From Phycisphaerales bacterium (GTDB lineage: Bacteria; Planctomycetota; Phycisphaerae; Phycisphaerales; UBA1924), in NCBI GenBank assembly GCA_050182995.1, contig JBFXBS010000001.1, positions 416,627 to 448,626 on the forward strand: a stretch of 32,000 bases of DNA, given 5' to 3'. The position numbers and the translations under genes are program-made. Within the stretch, counting starts at the first letter, position 1. Every line of letters starts with the position of its first letter. Shown piece after piece: positions 18,289-31,059 of this stretch. Under the pieces are notes generated by a model. It had not been told where the DNA came from. It made no database searches and saw only the letters and a program-made list of their open reading frames with translations.

Positions 18289-19548
18289 ATGAGCGCATCC
18301 CTCGTCTCGGTCGACCCCGCCCGCTCCGGAGCGCGCTCGACGGCGCTGCTCAAGTCGGCGGTGCGCACGGCGCCGCGCCTGTCCACGCGGGGACTCCAGG
18401 AGCGCCTGTTTGCGTTCTGGTTCAACGGCCTCGTCTACAACCAGATCTGGGAAGACCCCATCGTCGACGCCGAGGCACTGCGCCTCGGACCTTCGAGCCG
18501 CGTGCTCACGATCGCCTCGGCGGGCTGCAATGTCCTGAACTACCTGGTGCATCGCCCGGAATCGATCACCGCGGTGGATCTGAATCTGCACCACCTGAGC
18601 GTCACGCGGCTCAAGCTCGCGTGCATGCGGCACCTGCCCGATCACGAGTCGATGTTCCGCTTCTGGGGCATCGCCCGCGACCCCGCCAATGTTGAGGCCT
18701 TTCACGCCTTCGTCAAGCCTCACCTCGACTCCACCAGCCGACAGTACTGGCTCCGGCGCAGCGCCCTCGGGCGCGAGCGCGTCGAGCTCTTTCGCGTCGG
18801 GTTCTACCGCCGCTCGCGCCTCGGCCGCCTGCTCTCGGCCATCCAGCGCTCTCTCGCGGCCATCGGGCGCAGCCCGGAGCAGCTCATTGCTCTGCGCGAC
18901 GACGACGCGGCCCGCGCGGCGGCGTTCGACAGGCTCTACGGCAGCCTGTATGACGCGCGCCTCCTGCGCTGGGTCAGCGCTTCGCCGCTCTCGGTCTTCA
19001 ACCTGGGCATCCCGCCCGAGCAGTTCAGGGCCATGCGCGACGAGTCGGGGCGCGACCTCATGGGCACGTATCGCCATCGAACGCGCCGACTCATCTGCGG
19101 CTGGTCGCTCGATGACAACTACTTCGCCTGGCAGGCGCTCGGAAGGCGGTACGACGTTGAACGCCGCCGGGCGGTGCCGCCCTATCTGAAGCCGGAGCAT
19201 CGCGACGTGATTCGTAAGGGTTTGCGTGGCGTGCGGACCGAGCTCACATCCACCGTCGAAGAGCTCTCGCGGGCGTCGCCGGGACAGTTCAACACGTTCG
19301 TCTTTCTCGATTCGCAGGACTGGATGACGCCGGCGATGATCGAGCGCCAATGGCGCGAGATCGCGCGAGTGTCTCCCGCGGGCGGCCGCATCATTTTCCG
19401 CACCGCCGCCGCCGCTTCGCCGATCGAAACATCCCTCCCCGCCGACCTGCGCTCAAAGTTCGAATACCAGCGCGCGGAGTCGCATCGGCTGTATCAGGCC
19501 GACCGCTCGGCGATTTACGGCGGGTTTCACCTTTACGTCGTGCGATAG
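18289..19548 (+). CDS. btaA: BtaA-like S-adenosylmethionine:diacylglycerol 3-amino-3-carboxypropyl transferase (DUF3419 family)
   Basis: AAGGAG (18272-18277) lies upstream of the ATG at 18289. The characteristic N-terminal block is LVYNQIWEDPIVDAEALRLGPSSRVLTIASAGCNVLNYLVHRPESITAVDLNLHHLSVTRLKL, and the C-terminal block is FNTFVFLDSQDWM. Length (~419 aa) matches Rhodobacter BtaA. Confidence 0.75.
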   Translation: MSASLVSVDPARSGARSTALLKSAVRTAPRLSTRGLQERLFAFWFNGLVYNQIWEDPIVDAEALRLGPSSRVLTIASAGCNVLNYLVHRPESITAVDLNLHHLSVTRLKLACMRHLPDHESMFRFWGIARDPANVEAFHAFVKPHLDSTSRQYWLRRSALGRERVELFRVGFYRRSRLGRLLSAIQRSLAAIGRSPEQLIALRDDDAARAAAFDRLYGSLYDARLLRWVSASPLSVFNLGIPPEQFRAMRDESGRDLMGTYRHRTRRLICGWSLDDNYFAWQALGRRYDVERRRAVPPYLKPEHRDVIRKGLRGVRTELTSTVEELSRASPGQFNTFVFLDSQDWMTPAMIERQWREIARVSPAGGRIIFRTAAAASPIETSLPADLRSKFEYQRAESHRLYQADRSAIYGGFHLYVVR

Positions 19549-19568
19549 GATTCTGTTGCCTTCCGCCC

Positions 19569-20279
19569 ATGCCTGTCCGCTTGAACACTGCGCCGGCCCG
19601 TACCTCGAGGCCCGCGGCGAACGCCGCGACCACCGATGGGCACGGCGCGCACATGGACCGCATCTACCGCTTCACGCGCCACATCTACGACGCCTCCCGC
19701 AGGTTCTTCCTCCTCGGACGCGACGATCTCCTCCGCCTCGTTCCGGCCGACGCTCGATCCGTCGCCGAGATCGGCTGCGGAACGGCGCGCAACCTCATCC
19801 GGCTCTCGCGCCGACGCCCCGAGGCGCGCTTCTTCGGACTGGACGCGTCCGGAGCGATGCTGCAGACCGCGGCCCGCAGTCTCGCTCGCGCCCGGCTCGA
19901 GGATCGCGTCACGCTCAAGCGCGCCCTCGCCGAGGAGCTCGACCACGCGCGCCTCTTCGGCCTCGACCACCCATTCGACGTCGCCCTGTTTCCATATTCA
20001 CTCTCGATGATGCCCGGGTGGGCGGAGGCGCTCGACGCCGCACTCCGCAACGTCCGTCCCGGCGGGCTCGTGCTCATCGTCGACTTCTGGGATCAGAAGA
20101 CCTGGCCCAGCCCGCTTCGCCGCCTGCTCACGTGGTGGCTTGGGCTCTTCTCCGTCCGCTTCCGACCCGAGCTCTTCGAGCATCTGCGGGCCCTCGACCG
20201 CGACGGCCTCGTCCGGCTCGACGTCCGCGGCGTAGGCGGTCGGTACGCCTACCTTGCGATCCTGACGCGGACGGGCTGA
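19569..20279 (+). CDS. btaB: BtaB-like class I SAM-dependent N-methyltransferase
   Basis: MDRIYRFTRHIYDASRRFFLLGRDDLL is followed by the SAM-binding motif VAEIGCGTARNL and by GGLVLIVDF. The gene starts 20 nt after the btaA stop. Start is ATG 19569, or alternatively 19653. The track start at 19350 lies inside btaA. Confidence 0.7.
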   Translation: MPVRLNTAPARTSRPAANAATTDGHGAHMDRIYRFTRHIYDASRRFFLLGRDDLLRLVPADARSVAEIGCGTARNLIRLSRRRPEARFFGLDASGAMLQTAARSLARARLEDRVTLKRALAEELDHARLFGLDHPFDVALFPYSLSMMPGWAEALDAALRNVRPGGLVLIVDFWDQKTWPSPLRRLLTWWLGLFSVRFRPELFEHLRALDRDGLVRLDVRGVGGRYAYLAILTRTG

Positions 20280-20328
20280 GAGCGGAGCAGAAAACCGCCC
20301 CGGCGGCCAGAGACCCGCGCCAGCGCTG

Positions 20329-20366
20329 CCTTCCGCCCCCCTCCCCCCTACCATCCCCTTTCACCC
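20329..20366. repeat. Second C-run tract upstream of mdh
   Basis: The sequence is CCTTCCGCCCCCCTCCCCCCTACCATCCCCTTTCACCC. C runs of 6, 6, 4 and 3 are at 20336-41, 20343-48, 20355-58 and 20364-66. The tract ends about 30 nt upstream of the mdh ATG. Confidence 0.8.
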
Positions 20367-20397
20367 GCACCAACCGCTTCAGAAGGGGCCTCTGTTC

Positions 20398-21378
20398 ATG
20401 CGTCGAGCGAAGATCAGCGTCATCGGAGCCGGAAACATCGGGGGCGAGTGCGCCCGTTCCATCGCCATGAAGGAGCTGGGCGACGTCGTGCTCCTCGACA
20501 TCCCCAATAAGGACAAGCCCGAGCTCCACATGCCCAGAGGCAAGGCCCTGGACCTGGCCTGCTGCGGACCCGTCGAGAACTTCGACGCCCGAATTACCGG
20601 CACGTTTGACTATGCCGATATCGCCGACTCCGACGTCGTCGTGATCACCGCGGGCCTGCCGCGCAAGCCCGGCATGAGCCGCGACGACCTCGTGCAGGTC
20701 AACGCCGGGATCGTCAAGAACGTCGCCGAGAACGTCAAGAAGTACGCCCCGAACGCCATCGTCATCGTCGTCAGCAACCCGCTCGACGCGATGGTCTACG
20801 TCGCGTGGAAGGTCACCGGCTTCCCGACCAACCGCGTCATGGGCCAGGCCGGCGCCCTCGATGTCGCCCGTTACAAGACCTTCCTCGCCTGGGAGCTTGG
20901 CGTCTCCGTCGAGGACATCCAGGGCCTCCTCCTGGGCGGTCACGGCGACGACATGGTTCCTCTCCCCAGCCGCACGAGCGTCAACGGCATTCCGATCTCC
21001 GATCTCCTTCCCGCCGAAAAAATCAACGCCTGCGTCGAGCGCGCCAAGGCCGGCGGCGGCGAGGTCGTGAAGCTGATGGGCACTTCCGCGTGGTACGCCC
21101 CCTCCGCCGGCACGGTCGAGATGGTTGAGGCCATCGTCCGCGACAAGAAGCGCGTCATCGCCTCCGCCGCCTACTGCGAAGATGAGTTTGGCATCGCGCC
21201 CGGCAGGAAGGGCAAGGGATACTTCGTGGGCGTGCCCGCCGTGCTCGGCTCAAAGGGCGTCGAGAAAGTCATCACCTTCAAGATGAACGAAACCGAGCAG
21301 AAGTTCATGAACGAATCCATCAGCCATGTGAAAGACCTTGTCGGCGTGGTCGGCAAGCTCTACCCCGAACTCGCCTGA
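20398..21378 (+). CDS. mdh: Malate dehydrogenase (LDH-like, NAD-dependent)
   Basis: Motifs: KISVIGAGNIGG, VVVITAGLPRKPGMSRDDL, IVIVVSNPLDAM, GGHGDDMVPL. Confidence 0.92.
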   Translation: MRRAKISVIGAGNIGGECARSIAMKELGDVVLLDIPNKDKPELHMPRGKALDLACCGPVENFDARITGTFDYADIADSDVVVITAGLPRKPGMSRDDLVQVNAGIVKNVAENVKKYAPNAIVIVVSNPLDAMVYVAWKVTGFPTNRVMGQAGALDVARYKTFLAWELGVSVEDIQGLLLGGHGDDMVPLPSRTSVNGIPISDLLPAEKINACVERAKAGGGEVVKLMGTSAWYAPSAGTVEMVEAIVRDKKRVIASAAYCEDEFGIAPGRKGKGYFVGVPAVLGSKGVEKVITFKMNETEQKFMNESISHVKDLVGVVGKLYPELA

Positions 21379-21466
21379 CCCGACCGCCCCCTCACCGGGG
21401 CTGGGTCAATCGCGCCCGGCAATCTTCCGATAAGGCACTCGCGGCTCCGCCGCACGAGGATGAACC

Positions 21467-22789
21467 ATGATCAGATTGCGCTTCGCATTGGTGCTCACGG
21501 CAGGCTTGGCGCTCACAACCGCGCCGAGCCTCGGGCAGTCAGAAAAGGTCGATTCTCAGCCGACAAACGACGCGGCCGTCCCACCCGCCGCCCCGACTCC
21601 CGATCTGACGCCCCGCTTCGGCCCGCGCGGCCTGCGGATCCGTCCCCCGGCAGGCGCCGAGTTCGGCGCCGGCAACGTCCTCCCCGGAGCGTTCGATGTG
21701 CCCGGTTGGCCCGCCGCGAAGGCCGAGCGACCGTTGCCCGAGATCGGCGACAAGGAGATCGCCGCCGCCGTCGAGATGCTGAGCGGTTCGTTTGCGACGG
21801 GCAGCGCGAAGGGTGAGATTCCCGCGCTTGTGATGGGCATGGGCCGTGTTGACGTCCCCGGATTCGACAATGCCGTGTACTTCGAGATCGCCCGGGCCGA
21901 TTCGCCCTCGCGCCCCTATCGCCAGGGCATCCTGCACTTCTATCGCACCGGCGGCGCCAGCGGAGCGCTCAAGCTTCGTCTTTTCTCCCTCGCCGGCGCG
22001 CCCACGCTGGGTGATGCCGTCGTGGGCCTGTGGCTCGCACCGGAGGTCTTTCCCGATCTCAACCCGGCGGCGCTCCGCCCGATCGTCGACATCACGCTGG
22101 CCAAGTCCGGCGCGGGATACACGGGCTCATCCGGCCGGTTCCCCGTGCAGCTCGGCTCGGCGATCGAGGGCGAAATCTCCATCGAACTGGCCCCGGGGCG
22201 CGTTTCGCTGGGCGATCGCGCGTACGACGCCGCCGGCAAGCAGGTTTCAGGCCTGCCCGCGGGTGAGTCGCTCGTCTTCAGCACCGCGCCATCGTCGATG
22301 CGCGTCACCAAGCGCGATGACGGGATGTTCATCATCGACCTCGTCCCGCCCGCGGGTTCCCCGGCGGCGGAAGCGGGGTCCGACGCGCGGGTCGCCGTGC
22401 ACTTCTCCGGCTGGCTGCACACCGACGGCTGGAAGTTCGCCAGCTCGCGCGATCCGCGCTGGGACGGCGCGCCCGTCGAGCCCCAGCTCGTGAGCCTTCA
22501 GGCCAAGCTGCTTTCCGCGTGGACCAAGGGCCTTCCGGGCGTCACCAAGGGCACGATCCGACGGCTGATCGTTCCCTCGGGCATGGCGTTTCACAACGTC
22601 GGCAGCCCGCAGTGGCGCGTTCCGCCCGACACGCCGGTCATCTTCGAGATCGAGTGCGTCTGGGTCGAAGACAAGTCGGCGGTCCCACCCGCGCCGGCGG
22701 CGCCGGAGAAGAAGCCGGAGGAATCCAAGAAGGCCGAAGAGGAAGCCGCGGGAACAGGATCAACGACCTCCGGCAAGCCGGGCAACTAG
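21467..22789 (+). CDS. Secreted protein with a C-terminal FKBP-like peptidyl-prolyl isomerase domain; the central region is possibly CpcT/CpeT (DUF1001)-like
   Basis: GAGGA lies 6 nt upstream of the ATG at 21467. Signal peptide: MIRLRFALVLTAGLALTTAPSLGQ. The C-terminal VAVHFSGWLHTDGWKFASSRD...GLPGVTKGTIRRLIVPSGMAFHNVG...VPPDTPVIFEIECVWVE follows the FKBP pattern (V.v.Y.G.l.dG..FdsS...Gl.gM..G..r.l.iP..laYG....IPp...L.FeveL) but is degenerate. The central SGSFATGSAKG...AVYFEIARADSPSRPYRQGILHFY...VSLGDRAYDAAGKQV resembles CpcT-family blocks. That part is low confidence. Confidence 0.6.
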   Translation: MIRLRFALVLTAGLALTTAPSLGQSEKVDSQPTNDAAVPPAAPTPDLTPRFGPRGLRIRPPAGAEFGAGNVLPGAFDVPGWPAAKAERPLPEIGDKEIAAAVEMLSGSFATGSAKGEIPALVMGMGRVDVPGFDNAVYFEIARADSPSRPYRQGILHFYRTGGASGALKLRLFSLAGAPTLGDAVVGLWLAPEVFPDLNPAALRPIVDITLAKSGAGYTGSSGRFPVQLGSAIEGEISIELAPGRVSLGDRAYDAAGKQVSGLPAGESLVFSTAPSSMRVTKRDDGMFIIDLVPPAGSPAAEAGSDARVAVHFSGWLHTDGWKFASSRDPRWDGAPVEPQLVSLQAKLLSAWTKGLPGVTKGTIRRLIVPSGMAFHNVGSPQWRVPPDTPVIFEIECVWVEDKSAVPPAPAAPEKKPEESKKAEEEAAGTGSTTSGKPGN

Positions 22790-22791
22790 GC

Positions 22792-23271
22792 ATGCCGCCC
22801 GCACCGCCCCCGCCGTTCCGTCCTCGCGCTCCGGAGCCATCGCCCTACCAGGTTCTCGGCGTGCCTCTCGATGCCACGCCGGGGCAGATTCAGCGCGCGT
22901 TTCGGGCCAAGGCCAAGCAGCTTCACCCGGACGTCAGCCGCTCGCCGTCAGCCGCCGAAGAGTTCGCGCGCCTGCAAGCGGCGTACGAAGTCCTCTCCGA
23001 CCCTGATCGGCGCCGCAAATTCGATCACCCTGTTGCATCGCCTCCGGCCTCCCCACCCGGGCCGGCGCGGTACACCTGGTCAAATATCGCCGGCCGACCC
23101 GGAGCCGGGCGCGCGACCGCCGGCGATGATCCAGACGCCGGTTTCGAGGAGATGTACCGAGCGTTCTTCCAGACCCGGCTTTCGCCCGTCCCGCCGGCCA
23201 AGGAGTCGGCCACGGGCGTGAAATCGGCTCGTCCGAGGCGGTCCGGACCCGGCTCAAAGCCCGCTCGCTGA
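22792..23271 (+). CDS. J-domain (DnaJ-like) protein, small, with a Pro-rich N-terminus
   Basis: SPYQVLGVPLDATPGQIQRAFRAKAKQLHPDVSRSPSAAEEFARLQAAYEVLSDPDRRRKFD contains the HPD motif. The ATG at 22792 lies 2 nt after the previous stop. The track start at 22519 is inside the upstream gene. Confidence 0.8.
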   Translation: MPPAPPPPFRPRAPEPSPYQVLGVPLDATPGQIQRAFRAKAKQLHPDVSRSPSAAEEFARLQAAYEVLSDPDRRRKFDHPVASPPASPPGPARYTWSNIAGRPGAGRATAGDDPDAGFEEMYRAFFQTRLSPVPPAKESATGVKSARPRRSGPGSKPAR

Positions 23272-23373
23272 GCGTCAATCGCCCGGTCCCGCACGGATGT
23301 GAGCACATGCGTCGCGACAATCGGCGTCTACGATGTAGGCCGATTCCCGTCGACGCTCCGAGGTGCCCAATTC

Positions 23374-24996
23374 ATGGCGACATTCACGCTCACTTCCAAT
23401 GATGGCCGCGGCCACCTGGTAACGCTCGGCGCCAAGCCCGTCACCATCGGCCGAAACGCTGACAACGTCCTCCCGCTTCCGGACGAGATGGCCAGCCGAT
23501 ATCACGCGGTCATCGAGCCCGACGGCAACGGCGGCTATGTTCTCAAGGATCTCGGCTCGCGCAACGGGACGCGCCTCAACCAGGATCGCCTCGCGACCCC
23601 GAAGCCCCTCAGCCCGGGCGATGTCATCAAGATCGGTTCGCACTCCTTCTCCATCGAGATCGAACAGTCGCTCGGCGAAGTGCGCGACGAGGCCCGCGGC
23701 AAGACCATCGACACGACCTCTCAATGGCGCACCGAGCTGCGCTCCATGATCGAATCCCTCCCGCCCAAGGGTGAAGGCGCCGACGAGCCCGTCGGCATCA
23801 TCGACGCCCGCGGCCAACCCTCGGGCGCGCTCGGCGGCGATGCCGAAGGGCCCCACGCGATGCGCCTCCTCCTGCTCCTCGCGGGCAAGAGCCGCGCCAC
23901 CGATATTCACATTGAACCCAAGATGGAGCACACGTCCGTCCGCATGCGCGTCGACGGACAGATGATCACCATCAGCGACCTTCCGAAGAAAGTGGGCGAG
24001 CTCGTGCAGGGCGTGCTCAAGGCGGCGTGCGCCATGCAGCAGGCCGGGCGCGACGCCGTGCAGGACGGACACTTTTCCAGCCGGTTCAAGGCGCGCCGCG
24101 TCGAGTACCGCGTCTCATTCACGCCGTCGGTGCACGGGCAGAAGGTCGTCATCCGCGTGCTCGACAACGCCAACGCACCCAAGACCCTCAGCGAGCTGGG
24201 CATGCCGCCGTACATGCACGACCGCATCAAGCGCACCGCCGAGAAGGAGCAGGGCCTGCTCCTGGTCTGCGGGCCGACCGGTTCGGGCAAGACGACCACG
24301 CTCTACAACTGCCTCAAGGAAGTCGACCGCGAGACCAGCAACGTCGTCACCATCGAAGACCCCGTCGAATATCAGCTCGACGGCGTGACGCAGATCCCCG
24401 TGGACGAAGCCAAGGGCAACACCTTCGGCGGCCTGCTCCGCTCGGTGCTCCGCCAGGACCCCGACGTCATTCTCGTCGGCGAAATCCGCGACGAAGAGAC
24501 CGCCCGCACCGCCATGCAGGCCGCCATTACCGGGCACGTCGTGTACTCGACCGTCCACGCGAAAGACACGTTCACGGCCACGTTCCGCCTGCTCGATCTC
24601 AAGGTCGAGCCGTTCCTCGTCGCCAACGCGCTCGACCTGTGCTTGGCGCAGCGCCTGTGCCGCGTGCTGTGTGAGAACTGCAAGCGCCCCATCCGCGTCC
24701 CGCCGAGCCTCTCGACCCGCATGGGCAAGTGGCTCGAAGGGAAGACCGAAACGTTTGCCGCCGAGGGGTGCGCGGCGTGCCTGCGCACGGGCTACCGCGG
24801 CCGCCGCGCCATCTTCGAGATGCTCGATTTCACCGACGAACTGCGCGACGTGATCATCAAGGAACCGTCGATCGCCTCGCTCCGCAAGATTTCGGAGAAG
24901 GGGTTGTTCACGACCCTGCTGCAGTGCGGCTGGCTGCTCGCGTCGCGAGGCGTGACTTCGCTCGATGAGGCCGAGCGCGTCGCCGGCACCGGCTGA
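23374..24996 (+). CDS. FHA-domain-fused GspE/PilB-family secretion ATPase
   Basis: GAGGTG is upstream of the ATG at 23374. N-terminal FHA domain: VTIGRNADNVLPLPDEMASRYHAVIEPDGNGGYVLKDLGSRNGTRLN. ATPase core: ATDIHIEP, VRMRVDG, Walker A GPTGSGKTTT, TIEDPVEYQ, LRQDPDVILVGEIRD, tetra-Cys CENC...CAAC, GYRGRRAIFEML. Confidence 0.88.
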   Translation: MATFTLTSNDGRGHLVTLGAKPVTIGRNADNVLPLPDEMASRYHAVIEPDGNGGYVLKDLGSRNGTRLNQDRLATPKPLSPGDVIKIGSHSFSIEIEQSLGEVRDEARGKTIDTTSQWRTELRSMIESLPPKGEGADEPVGIIDARGQPSGALGGDAEGPHAMRLLLLLAGKSRATDIHIEPKMEHTSVRMRVDGQMITISDLPKKVGELVQGVLKAACAMQQAGRDAVQDGHFSSRFKARRVEYRVSFTPSVHGQKVVIRVLDNANAPKTLSELGMPPYMHDRIKRTAEKEQGLLLVCGPTGSGKTTTLYNCLKEVDRETSNVVTIEDPVEYQLDGVTQIPVDEAKGNTFGGLLRSVLRQDPDVILVGEIRDEETARTAMQAAITGHVVYSTVHAKDTFTATFRLLDLKVEPFLVANALDLCLAQRLCRVLCENCKRPIRVPPSLSTRMGKWLEGKTETFAAEGCAACLRTGYRGRRAIFEMLDFTDELRDVIIKEPSIASLRKISEKGLFTTLLQCGWLLASRGVTSLDEAERVAGTG

Positions 24997-25039
24997 ACCT
25001 CTCCATCGCGGCCCGAAACCGCGCATCGACGGAGCTCCC

Positions 25040-25927
25040 ATGCGATGCACTCTGTTCCTTGCGGTCGCGGTTGCGTTCGTGCCCGCGCTCGCCGCCCAGG
25101 CCACATATGCTCAGACCCCGCCGGCTGACGATCTCCCTTCGCGCGTTCGCGCCGTGCTCGCGGCACACTGTTCAGAATGCCACGCCGAGACGCTCGCACG
25201 CCCCAAGGGCCGCTTCGGCTACGTCACCGACTTGCCGCGCCTCGTCGCCGAAGCGCAGGTCGTCCCTGGACAGCCGGATGAGTCTCCCCTGTTCGAGCTC
25301 CTGGCGCACGACGATCCGGAGTTTCGAATGCCCCCGCGCACGGCGAAGGCCGGACCGCTGAGCACGGAGCAGATCGAACTCGTCCGCGCGTGGATCGCCG
25401 CGGGCGCGCCGGCGCCGGCCGATCGGGATTCAGCTTCCCCGCCCGCGACGCCCCCCACTGTTCCGGCAGTCGCGCCAAGCGCCGCGCCCCCCACGCCCCC
25501 GGCTGCGCCCCGCTCAATCGGCGATCGCGCCTTCGCCTTCGTCGGCAAGTTCCACCCCGTCATCGTGCACTTTCCGATCGCCCTGCTCATCGTCGCCGCC
25601 TTCGCCGAACTGCTCGTCATGGGCGGCTGGCGCGCCGGCCGAGAGACCAACCGGCTCCTCGTCCCGCTCGGCGCGCTCTCGGCCGTCATCGCCGTGGTGA
25701 TCGGCCTGATCGCCGCCAGCGCCGAAGGGTTCACCGTTGCCACCGTCTGGACCCACCGCCTGCTGGGAATCCTGGCCGCGGCATGTGCCGTGCTGGCGCT
25801 CGCGTTCCAGGCGCTCCTCAAGGAGCGTCTCTACCGCGTTTTCCTCTTTGTCGCCGCCGCGCTGACGGGCCTCGCCGGCCACTTCGGCGGGCTGATCACC
25901 TTCGGCGACGACCACTTCTCGTTCTGA
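25040..25927 (+). CDS. Membrane protein with an N-terminal c-type cytochrome (planctomycete PSCyt1-like, CxxCH) domain and a C-terminal DUF2231-like TM domain
   Basis: GGAG is upstream of the ATG at 25040. Signal peptide: MRCTLFLAVAVAFVPALAAQA. Haem motif CSECH in LAAHCSECHAETLARPKGRF...MPP...LSTEQIELVRAWIAAGAP. A Pro/Ala linker follows, then FHPVIVHFPIALLIVAAF plus three more TM segments. Confidence 0.7.
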   Translation: MRCTLFLAVAVAFVPALAAQATYAQTPPADDLPSRVRAVLAAHCSECHAETLARPKGRFGYVTDLPRLVAEAQVVPGQPDESPLFELLAHDDPEFRMPPRTAKAGPLSTEQIELVRAWIAAGAPAPADRDSASPPATPPTVPAVAPSAAPPTPPAAPRSIGDRAFAFVGKFHPVIVHFPIALLIVAAFAELLVMGGWRAGRETNRLLVPLGALSAVIAVVIGLIAASAEGFTVATVWTHRLLGILAAACAVLALAFQALLKERLYRVFLFVAAALTGLAGHFGGLITFGDDHFSF

Positions 25928-25991
25928 ACCTGCGTCCGGCCCTGGGAGACGCCCGGCATCAGCACCTTCGCCGCCCGGCGTATCGTCAACC

Positions 25992-27659
<1,668 letters not shown>

Positions 27660-27705
27660 GCGCCCCTTCAGTTCGGGTCGCCGGCGCGACGGCCGGAGAA
27701 TCGAC

Positions 27706-28212
27706 ATGGAATCACTTTCGAATCTCGACATTGCCGTACGACTGGCCGCGGCGATGGTCCTCGGCGCGCTCGTCGGCCTCGAGCGCGAACGCAAGCATCG
27801 CCCCGCCGGTTTCCGCACGCTCATTCTCGTGTCCATGGGCTCGGCGGCGTTCATGATCCTCGGGCGCGAAGCGATCGCCCTGCCCGGCGCCTCTCCCGGC
27901 CCCGCACAATCCGCCGACCTCACCCGCGTCCTGCAGGGCCTTATCGGCGGCATCGGCTTCATCGGCGCAGGGGCCGTGTTGCACGGCCGACAAAGCGTTC
28001 ACGGCCTCACCACGGCGGCAGGCATCTGGGTCACCGCCGCGATCGGCGCGGCCTCCGGCCTCGGCGCCCTGGGCGTCGCCCTGACGCTCACCGTCGGCAC
28101 GGTCTTCACCCTCTTCGTGCTCGACCGACTTCAGGTCTTCGTCACCGGCGACCAGACCGCCACGCCTACCCCGCCCTCCCAGCCAAAGGACGAGCATCCG
28201 GCCGGCGATTGA
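27706..28212 (+). CDS. MgtC/SapB-family membrane protein
   Basis: Motifs: RLAAAMVLGALVGLERERKHRPAGFRT, GIGFIGAGAVL, GLTTAAGIWVTAAIG. Confidence 0.85.
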   Translation: MESLSNLDIAVRLAAAMVLGALVGLERERKHRPAGFRTLILVSMGSAAFMILGREAIALPGASPGPAQSADLTRVLQGLIGGIGFIGAGAVLHGRQSVHGLTTAAGIWVTAAIGAASGLGALGVALTLTVGTVFTLFVLDRLQVFVTGDQTATPTPPSQPKDEHPAGD

Positions 28213-28232
28213 CTGCCGATCCGGCAGTCTTT
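28211..28232 (+). terminator. Weak terminator-like hairpin overlapping the MgtC-family stop
   Basis: GACTGCCG (28211-28218), loop ATC, CGGCAGTC (28222-28229), followed by only TTT. The loop and U-tract are both short. Confidence 0.35.
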
Positions 28233-28338
28233 GGGGCAACTGAGGCGGTTTTCGCACCCGGCGAGCCCATGACTCGGCCCGCAGCCCGGCGCGCCGATTG
28301 CACATCTCACTTCCGGCGAAAACCGCCCGGAGTGCCGC

Positions 28339-31053
<2,715 letters not shown>

Positions 31054-31059
31054 TCCGAC

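Noticed and set aside
23296-23307. A 5-2-5 inverted repeat, ATGTG-AG-CACAT, upstream of the FHA-ATPase gene
   Set aside because: It is too short to distinguish from chance, and there is no second copy in the window.
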